Below, in pieces: positions 50,285 to 57,688 of a stretch of 64,000 nucleotides of DNA. This DNA comes from a virus. Its lineage: Duplodnaviria > Caudoviricetes. The notes under the pieces are model-generated. The model was not told the origin of the DNA and made no database searches. It was given only the letters and a program-made list of their open reading frames with translations. How positions within the stretch are numbered: the first letter of the stretch is position 1; every line of letters starts with the position of its first letter. The stretch lies in the IMG/VR virus record IMGVR_UViG_3300042361_000498. The stretch is one strand, 5' to 3'. The position numbers and the translations under genes were made by a program.

Positions 50285-52456
50285 ATGCCTGCAAAATCAA
50301 AAGCACAACAAAGATTTATGGGAATGGTTCACGCCGCTCAAAAGGGTGAATTAGATAATCCATCATCGGAAGTTGAAAAAGTAGCTGATTCAATGAGTGA
50401 TGCAGACGCAAAAGATTATGCATCAACTAAACACAAAGGTTTACCCAATCATGTGAAAAAAGAAAATATGGAAAAACAATTAAAAGAAATCATCCGTCAA
50501 ACATATAGAGAGAGTTTGAGAGAATCGGTAAACGAAGATGCAACTGAATTGCCTCAAGCAACAATACCATCCGCTGTAAAAGTTAAATTACAAATGGCTA
50601 TTGATAAAATAAAAGATTCAAAGTTAAGTAACAATGCAAAATTACAATTGGTGGCACAAGTAATAGATGCATTAGATGTGGATAAATCTCAATTATCAAA
50701 TATTGCAAATAAGATTCGTTCTAAAATGGAATCGGTAAACGAAGCTAAGATACAACCAAAAGATGATTGGGGAGTTAGATTAGTTGTGGCTATTAATAAT
50801 AATGTTGCTGCATTACATACATCCGTTATAAGAGAAAAGAAAGATGTACAGCAAGCAGTTGCTGCTTTTGGTAATGTGTTAAAAAATGCTATTAAAGAAA
50901 CTCTAAAGCACAAATACAAACCACATCCAAAATATACTGAAGCTGATAGCAAAATAAAAACATTTATTTCTGAACTTAAAAAGTTTGAAAATATTGTAGA
51001 TATGGTTATTTCTAAACCAACAAAATCTGGTATTGTAAAATTGGATGATGCTTGGCGAAATATTTGGAATCATAAATATGGTGCGGCAATTGCGTTATCT
51101 GGTGATTTGTTTAATAGTATTATAGAAAACGAATCGGTAAACGAAGCAAAATACCCAACCAATTTATATGTTGGTTCTATAATTTATGGACAAGGATTTA
51201 CTGGATTAAAAGGAATCGAAGGTGGTAAATACTACAAAGTTGTTGAAATGGATGATACTACTGCAACATTAGCACCATGCGACCAAAAAGGTAAGATAAC
51301 AGGTTCAAAGAAAGTTAGACATAAATTAGATTCAATCGAAGGTGGTATCAAAACTGCTAAAAGAGGAGATGAAAACGGAATTGTTATCGAATCGGTTATT
51401 GTTGAAGATATTAAATCCGATATAAACAAATTCTTAGATAAATTAAACAAACAATTTCCTGAACAAGAATATACTACCGATTTCAAAGGTGGAAAATATG
51501 CTAGAATTGTTCAACAAAATAGAAAATATTCTGGAAATCGTTCTGCATGGGGATTTGTAGCAATGGAAGATAATCCATCCAAAGGATTTAAGAAAGGAGA
51601 TTTATTAAAAGCAGCAGGATTTAATACACCTGCAAAGGGTGCTAGGGGTAATATATTAGATGGTACTGCAAAATATGATAAATACTCACCAGTATATTTA
51701 AGAGAATCCGTAAACGAATCAATATCACATGAAGCAATGGGAATCGCTTCAATGACTAACACTAGAAAAGAGGCAGTTCAAAAGTTTATTGATGATAACA
51801 ACTTAAATGCAAAAGAAATATTAACTCACGTTACCAAAGGCAAATTGCCGGAGAGAATTCGTTTTGTTCAGGCATTAGTTGGAACTCCTAATAATTCTTC
51901 TTTCAAATGGTATGTAAAAAATTACACAAACGAATCGGTAGTAACTGAAGGAAAGAAAGCATTCAAAATAAATCCACCAATCGGTAAAGCAAAATATAGT
52001 ATTAGTGCTCACAATGGTGTATCAAAACACAAAGATGGTAGTGATTTTTGGGATATTCTTATCTTTAAGAACAAAGCAGATTTAGAAAGAAGAGCTAAAT
52101 ATTTTAGAGGTGAAAAATACATTGAAGAATCGGTAATCAAAGAAGGTGTTTACAAATCAATTTTATCAAATAACAAAGGAAAGTTATTCTTTAGTTTAGT
52201 TGATGATGAAACTGATAAAGTAACGGATGTTGATGCAAAGGCTTGGTTAAAATCAACTATTAAAGATAAATCATCCGATAACTCAAAAGAATTGGTATTA
52301 AGTGCATTAGTAAGACAAATCAATCAATTTAATAAAAAAGTTGATTTTAATATGTGGGTTAATGCTAACAAACCAACTTGGGAAGAAAAGGTTAAATATT
52401 TGTTTGATAAGGGATTAGCAAACAACGTAAATAAGACTGGTATTAAGGTTCATTAA
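50285..52456 (+). CDS. Cassette-like polyprotein of eight small domains joined by ESV(N/I/V)(x)E linkers; probable head-packaged protein
   Basis: Seven linkers; N-terminal PAKSKAQQ (DUF3008-like); KYARIV...SAWGFV...GDLLKAAGFNTPAKGARGNI module. Confidence 0.75.
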   Translation: MPAKSKAQQRFMGMVHAAQKGELDNPSSEVEKVADSMSDADAKDYASTKHKGLPNHVKKENMEKQLKEIIRQTYRESLRESVNEDATELPQATIPSAVKVKLQMAIDKIKDSKLSNNAKLQLVAQVIDALDVDKSQLSNIANKIRSKMESVNEAKIQPKDDWGVRLVVAINNNVAALHTSVIREKKDVQQAVAAFGNVLKNAIKETLKHKYKPHPKYTEADSKIKTFISELKKFENIVDMVISKPTKSGIVKLDDAWRNIWNHKYGAAIALSGDLFNSIIENESVNEAKYPTNLYVGSIIYGQGFTGLKGIEGGKYYKVVEMDDTTATLAPCDQKGKITGSKKVRHKLDSIEGGIKTAKRGDENGIVIESVIVEDIKSDINKFLDKLNKQFPEQEYTTDFKGGKYARIVQQNRKYSGNRSAWGFVAMEDNPSKGFKKGDLLKAAGFNTPAKGARGNILDGTAKYDKYSPVYLRESVNESISHEAMGIASMTNTRKEAVQKFIDDNNLNAKEILTHVTKGKLPERIRFVQALVGTPNNSSFKWYVKNYTNESVVTEGKKAFKINPPIGKAKYSISAHNGVSKHKDGSDFWDILIFKNKADLERRAKYFRGEKYIEESVIKEGVYKSILSNNKGKLFFSLVDDETDKVTDVDAKAWLKSTIKDKSSDNSKELVLSALVRQINQFNKKVDFNMWVNANKPTWEEKVKYLFDKGLANNVNKTGIKVH
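50522..52144 (+). repeat. Dispersed 15-bp repeat GAATCGGTAAACGAA (three exact copies, four variants)
   Basis: Exact at 50522, 50729 and 51131; variants at 51389, 51704, 51932 and 52127. Confidence 0.85.
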
Positions 52457-52675
52457 TACCATTCTTAAAAAATATAGAAAAAACTAAAGAAAATTAAACA
52501 TATTTTTATGTTTAATTTTTTTTTATATACTTATTGATAACAATAACCTATTTCATATAGGTTTAAGACAGTTGGTTAATGAATACCCATTTATATGAGG
52601 TGACCGAACAACCGAACTACCTACATTGAAGTCCCAAATCAAATGACTTCAGAATAAGAAAAACAAAGTAAAAGA

Positions 52676-53767
52676 ATGGCAAGTTCAAAATTATTAAAAG
52701 AAGCTATCGCTGACGCTAAAGCTGTACGTGAAACTGCTATTGCCAACGCTAAAATCGCATTAGAAGAAGCATTTACTCCTCGTTTACAATCTATTCTTTC
52801 TAGAAAATTACAAGCCGAAATGGAAGGTGATGAAGAAGAAGCAGATATGAACGAAGATAATGATGTATCTAGTGAAATTGGTAAGGGTGATAACGCAGAA
52901 CCAGCAGTAAACGCAAACGATGGTAATACTGACTTGAGTGGAATCGCTTCACAATCAGCACAAGCTGGTGATGAGTTAGAAGGACACGAAGAAGTAGATG
53001 ATTTAATGGAAGGCGAAGACGAAGAAGCACCGGCAATGGAAGGTGAAGAAGAGGCTGAGTACGCAGCAGAAGGTGAAGAAATGGCACCTGAAGCTGATGA
53101 AGATGAGTTAGATTTAGAATCTATCATCAGAGAATTAGAAGATGAGTTAGGTATGGAAGAATCCGATGAATTAGGATACGAAGACCCAACAGGAGTTGAG
53201 ACAGCATACGAAGGAGAAGATGAAGAAGCACCGGCAATGGAAGGTGAAGAAGAAGAAGCTCCAGCTATGGAAGAGGAAGAAGAAACTATCGATTTAGACG
53301 AAATCCTTCGTGAGATGGGTTACGGAGATGATGAAGAAGTTTCTGAAGAAGAAGAAGCAGGAAACGAAGAAGAAATGGCAGCAATGCAATCTGAATTGAA
53401 AGAAGCATATTCAACTATTCAATCTTTGAGAAAAACTATCAACGAAGTAAATTTATTAAACGCTAAATTACTTTACACTAACAAATTGTTCAGAGGATAT
53501 AATCTAACTAATGAGCAAAAAATTAAAGTTGTAGAGAATTTAGACAGAACTTCTAACGTAAGAGAAGTTAAATTGGTTTACGCAACATTATCTGAATCAA
53601 TGAAATTCACTGGTACTGAAAGAAAAGTAGCACAAGCTAAGAAAAGCATAACTGAAGGGTTAGCATCTAAGCCATCTGCTTCAACTGCACCGGTAAAACA
53701 AATTATTTCGGAAAATACAAATGAATTAGCAAATCGCTTTAAGCAATTAGCTGGTATCATTAAATAA
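52676..53767 (+). CDS. Prohead scaffolding/core protein (T4 gp22-like)
   Basis: Highly acidic; helical ends (EVNLLNAKLLYTNKLF; RFKQLAGI); directly upstream of the major capsid gene. Confidence 0.8.
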   Translation: MASSKLLKEAIADAKAVRETAIANAKIALEEAFTPRLQSILSRKLQAEMEGDEEEADMNEDNDVSSEIGKGDNAEPAVNANDGNTDLSGIASQSAQAGDELEGHEEVDDLMEGEDEEAPAMEGEEEAEYAAEGEEMAPEADEDELDLESIIRELEDELGMEESDELGYEDPTGVETAYEGEDEEAPAMEGEEEEAPAMEEEEETIDLDEILREMGYGDDEEVSEEEEAGNEEEMAAMQSELKEAYSTIQSLRKTINEVNLLNAKLLYTNKLFRGYNLTNEQKIKVVENLDRTSNVREVKLVYATLSESMKFTGTERKVAQAKKSITEGLASKPSASTAPVKQIISENTNELANRFKQLAGIIK

Positions 53768-53793
53768 ACAAACTAAACAAAAAATATTATAAA

Positions 53794-55449
53794 ATGGCAA
53801 ATTTTGATTTATCCAAGTTAATGGAAGGCAAAAACCCACAAGCAGTAATGTTGGCTGAAACACGTCAATTGAAATCTAAGTGGGAGAAAACCGGTCTATT
53901 AGAAGGTATGAAAGATAGAGACCAACACTCTATGGCAGTTCTTTTAGAGAACCAAGCTAAGCAATTGTTGGACGAGGCAACTCAAACTGGTACTTCTTCT
54001 GGTTCAGAAGAGTGGAGTGGTGTAGCTTTACCTTTAGTAAGAAGAATCTTCGGTGAGATTGCTTCTAAAGAATTCGTTAGTGTACAACCTATGAACTTAC
54101 CTTCTGGTCTTGTATTCTTCTTAGATTTCAAATATGGTTCTTCACAAGGAGCAGCAGGACAATTCGGTGGAAAATCACTTTTCGGTGGTACTAACGCAAC
54201 TGGTTCAGCAGCTAACTTTGGTAGAACTGATGCAGCAACAGGTGGTTTATATGGTGAAGGCCGTTATGGTTATTCAGTAAACGATGCAACTGTAGCTGTT
54301 GCTGCTAGTAACATCACTTCTGCTTCAGCTACTTGGGCTGATTTAGGATACGATTCAGCATTATCAGCTTCTGCAGCTGCTAATAAAATTGTTAAATTAA
54401 CAATCGCATCTGCAAACATTTCGGCAACAGCTGATACTGAAGCAGTTCGTTCATTCCAAGCGGTTAATGCTGCTGGTGTTGCTGCATTTAACAACACTAA
54501 CTCTACATTAGGACAGTATAACTTTAAATCTGGTACTAATGTAACTTTATTCGTTTCTGCATCATCTTTAGCATTAGCTGGTGGTACAACTAACGTAATC
54601 TATTCTGAAGTTCCTGTAGCTTACGATAGAGGAGATTTTGAAGATTCAACTGCAAACGCTGCTGGTAACACAACAACTGCATTGGATATTCCTGAAATCG
54701 ACTTAGAATTGAAATCAGAGGCAATCGTTGCTAAGACTCGTAAGTTGAAAGCAGTTTGGACTCCTGAATTAGCTCAAGACTTAAACGCATATCACTCAAT
54801 CGATGCTGAAGCTGAATTAACTTCTATGTTATCTGATTATATCTCATTAGAGATTGACTTAGAAATCTTAGATATGTTAAAGAGCAACGCATTAACAACT
54901 GAATACTGGTCTGCAACTATTGGTGAAGAATACTTAAACAATGGTGCAACTGGACAAGCAGCTTGGGGTGGTGCAGTTTCTGCAATGGCTTACCAAAAGA
55001 ACACTTGGTTCCAGACTTTAGGAACTAAAATCAATAAGGTATCTAATAAGATTCACCAATTAACATTGAGAGGTGGAGCTAACTTCATCGTTGCTTCTCC
55101 TGATGTTTGTACTATCTTAGAATCTATTCCTGGATTCGTAGTAAACGCTGATAAAGATGCAACATCTTTCGCAGCTGGTGTAACTCAAGTAGGTGCTATG
55201 GCTAATCGCTACACTGTTTACAAAAACCCTTATATGACTTCTAACGAAATCTTATTAGGATATAGAGGTAACAACTTCTTAGAGACAGGTGCAGTTTACG
55301 CTCCATATGTTCCTTTGATTATGACTCCTTTAGTGTACGACCCACAAAACTTTACTCCACGTAGAGGTGTGATGACTCGTTACGCTAAGAAAATGGTGCG
55401 TCCTGAGTACTACGGTAAGATTTATGTTAAAGATTTGCAAAATATCTAA
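53794..55449 (+). CDS. gp23: Major capsid protein (T4 gp23-like)
   Basis: VSVQPMNLPSGLVFFL, AKTRKLKAVWTPELAQDLNAYH, YAPYVPL, DPQNFTPRRGVMTRY. Confidence 0.96.
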   Translation: MANFDLSKLMEGKNPQAVMLAETRQLKSKWEKTGLLEGMKDRDQHSMAVLLENQAKQLLDEATQTGTSSGSEEWSGVALPLVRRIFGEIASKEFVSVQPMNLPSGLVFFLDFKYGSSQGAAGQFGGKSLFGGTNATGSAANFGRTDAATGGLYGEGRYGYSVNDATVAVAASNITSASATWADLGYDSALSASAAANKIVKLTIASANISATADTEAVRSFQAVNAAGVAAFNNTNSTLGQYNFKSGTNVTLFVSASSLALAGGTTNVIYSEVPVAYDRGDFEDSTANAAGNTTTALDIPEIDLELKSEAIVAKTRKLKAVWTPELAQDLNAYHSIDAEAELTSMLSDYISLEIDLEILDMLKSNALTTEYWSATIGEEYLNNGATGQAAWGGAVSAMAYQKNTWFQTLGTKINKVSNKIHQLTLRGGANFIVASPDVCTILESIPGFVVNADKDATSFAAGVTQVGAMANRYTVYKNPYMTSNEILLGYRGNNFLETGAVYAPYVPLIMTPLVYDPQNFTPRRGVMTRYAKKMVRPEYYGKIYVKDLQNI

Positions 55450-55478
55450 TCTTAAACATTCTTAGAGTGAATAAAATT

Positions 55479-55505
55479 GGGGGAAAATGGATTTCCCCCT
55501 TTTTT
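55479..55505 (+). terminator. Rho-independent terminator after the capsid gene
   Basis: GGGGGAAA-ATGGA-TTTCCCCC plus TTTTTT. Confidence 0.85.
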
Positions 55506-55544
55506 ATGCTCTTTTGGGTTTCTAAAACTATTTGATATTTATAG

Positions 55545-55626
55545 ATACACACTAATATAATTTAAATAGAATAACTATCCTTCACAAATATAGTTAGAGA
55601 GAGAATGGAAACGTTCTCTCTTTTTT
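55545..55626 (+). ncRNA. Candidate small RNA (about 80 nt)
   Basis: Late-type motif at 55535-55543, stem-loop TAACTAT/ATAGTTA, then a GAAA-tetraloop terminator; no ATG-initiated ORF. Confidence 0.3.
55598..55626 (+). terminator. Rho-independent terminator
   Basis: AGAGAGAATG-GAAA-CGTTCTCTCT plus T run. Confidence 0.75.
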
Positions 55627-55684
55627 ATTTTATCCCTTTCCAACTTTTTTATATTTATAAGAGTATTATAATATTTCAATAAAA

Positions 55685-56068
55685 ATGGCAGCAGCAAAAT
55701 ACTCATTTGTAATAGAACAAGGGGCAACATTAGATTTTCAATTAGATTGGACAGATGATATCGGTTCTCCAATTGATTTAACAGGTATGCATGCAAGAAT
55801 GCAAGTTAGACCTTCAGTTGAATCTTCCGAAGTATTTCTAAACCTTTCATCATCTCTATCCGATAGTTGTGGAACGGGATTGAATTTAAGTGGAAGTAAT
55901 GGAACAACTCCATTACAATCTGGTTCAATCGGTGTTTATGTATCTGCTGCATCATCTTCATTATTAACATTTGGTGAAGCATATTATGATTTAGAAGTAG
56001 TAAGTGGTTGTGAAGTTTATAGATTATTGGAGGGTAAAGTTCGTTTATCCAAAAATGTAACAAGATAA
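55685..56068 (+). CDS. Small Ig-like virion adaptor (BppU N-terminal-like)
   Basis: IEQGATLDFQLDW...IDLTG...ARMQVR...AYYDLEV...LLEG.V pattern. Confidence 0.7.
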   Translation: MAAAKYSFVIEQGATLDFQLDWTDDIGSPIDLTGMHARMQVRPSVESSEVFLNLSSSLSDSCGTGLNLSGSNGTTPLQSGSIGVYVSAASSSLLTFGEAYYDLEVVSGCEVYRLLEGKVRLSKNVTR

Positions 56069-56069
56069 A

Positions 56070-57671
56070 ATGAGTATTCCTAATGTAAATAAGACTAGGA
56101 TTAGTGTTGTGACAAAACCCACTAATGTATCGGTCTCATCGGTTGGTATTCAGGGTAAAGCAGGTGAAACGCAAGACCTATCTAACTATGCTATTTTAGA
56201 TGGTTCAAATAGTTTTATAGGTAATCAATTCATAAGTGGTGGTATTGAAGTAAATAATATTACTTTTGTAGATGGTGATAACGCTACAATAGAAAAAATA
56301 CCAATAGCATCGGAAATATATTACGCAACATATACATTAGTAAATATTGAAGGGTATAGTACTGGTTCAACTGATACATTACCATCTTCATCATTCAATA
56401 CCCCAAATGATATTCCGCATCCTTGGACAGCATTTTATTTAGATGCGGGAAATGGTACAGCCGTATCATCTATAATAGCAGGTGATATATTAGCAGGTGT
56501 TTCAATTATTCCATCTCAAGTTCAAACTAGAGGTGGTAGTGGATTTGGAAACGTAGTTATCTTAAATTTGGATTTGAGTGCATACGATGATGTTATTCTT
56601 CCTGTAACTGGTTCTAAATTTACATTAGTAAGACCTGTTACAAAGCAGGCATTGGAAATAAAAGCAGAAGGAAATACGGATATATTTTTCAATCCAATGG
56701 GAAGTGGTTCGGTTATTACAAACAAATCATTTATCCCATCCGTATCAAACCAAATAGATTTAGGATTGTCTACTAGAAGATGGAGAGAACTTTGGATAGG
56801 TAGTGGCTCGATATATGTTCAGGATGAAACTTTAGCAATTGACCATAAATTAACAGCAAGAGATGGTGACTTTGTAATAGAAGGTTCAGCTGGATTGCAA
56901 GTAGGTCAATTTACATTTCACGACAATTATATAAAAATAAAAGATGCGGCTAGAGATATTGAATTTGGAGTAGAAGATGCAACTGGATATATAAATTTCA
57001 ATAGACCGTTTGCAATAAAAAGTTTATTAACAGGTAGAACAACTTTTAATGCAACTAGAGAAGGTAGAGTTCAAATTATAACTCCGAATATTCCTGCTGG
57101 AGATGTTGGTGCTCTAAGTATCATAGGTAACGCATCTGGTTCATACCAACCTGTTATCAATCCAAGTGGTATGTTACATATTACTTCAAACGATGGGCAG
57201 GCGGCGAGAGTAACTGTGGATGGATTTGGTTCTTCTATTGGAGCTATCTTTGTAGGTAGACATGCTAGAGGAACGGCCGCATTACCAACACCAACATTAT
57301 CGGGAGATATATTGGCTCGTTTTTCTGGATTAGGATATTCGACAAGTAGTTATTTTCCAGTAGTAGAAGCAGTTCCAACAAGTTTAGAATTTCAAGCTAC
57401 TGAAAATTATTCAACATCTGGAGCAGGAAGTAGAGCAGCATTTTACACATACGCTAATGGAGCAACTAATAGAACGTTATCGGCAGTAATAGATACAAAT
57501 GGTTTAATATTACCAAATGTACCAACCAATGAAACCGAAAATGAGATTTTAGTTTGGGATAGTGTAACTGGTAGAGTTGGAAAACAAAATGGTGTAAGTG
57601 CAATAGATGGTGGAGCAGCAGCTTCAATATTTATATTATCAACGGAAGTATTAAATGGCGGAGGCGCTTAA
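56070..57671 (+). CDS. Fibre/spike-like virion protein
   Basis: FIPSVSNQIDLGLSTRRWRELW spike motif; beta-rich; C-terminal IDGGA...LNGGGA. Confidence 0.7.
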   Translation: MSIPNVNKTRISVVTKPTNVSVSSVGIQGKAGETQDLSNYAILDGSNSFIGNQFISGGIEVNNITFVDGDNATIEKIPIASEIYYATYTLVNIEGYSTGSTDTLPSSSFNTPNDIPHPWTAFYLDAGNGTAVSSIIAGDILAGVSIIPSQVQTRGGSGFGNVVILNLDLSAYDDVILPVTGSKFTLVRPVTKQALEIKAEGNTDIFFNPMGSGSVITNKSFIPSVSNQIDLGLSTRRWRELWIGSGSIYVQDETLAIDHKLTARDGDFVIEGSAGLQVGQFTFHDNYIKIKDAARDIEFGVEDATGYINFNRPFAIKSLLTGRTTFNATREGRVQIITPNIPAGDVGALSIIGNASGSYQPVINPSGMLHITSNDGQAARVTVDGFGSSIGAIFVGRHARGTAALPTPTLSGDILARFSGLGYSTSSYFPVVEAVPTSLEFQATENYSTSGAGSRAAFYTYANGATNRTLSAVIDTNGLILPNVPTNETENEILVWDSVTGRVGKQNGVSAIDGGAAASIFILSTEVLNGGGA

Positions 57672-57688
57672 AATAAATAGGATTAACA

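Noticed and set aside
50522-52144. CRISPR array interpretation of the GAATCGGTAAACGAA repeats
   Set aside because: The repeat is only 15 bp, spacers are 177-387 nt and all multiples of three within one ORF, and no cas genes are visible.
53021-53253. 32-bp direct repeat (EEAPAMEGEE) in the scaffold gene
   Set aside because: Ordinary low-complexity duplication in an acidic scaffold linker.
55575-55796. Minus-strand 73-aa ORF after the capsid gene
   Set aside because: Overlaps the adaptor gene and a terminator; low-complexity translation with no support.
746-56725. Many 60-160-aa minus-strand ORFs in the track nested inside long + strand genes
   Set aside because: Fully overlapped by genes with clear family motifs; no recognisable domains or promoters.
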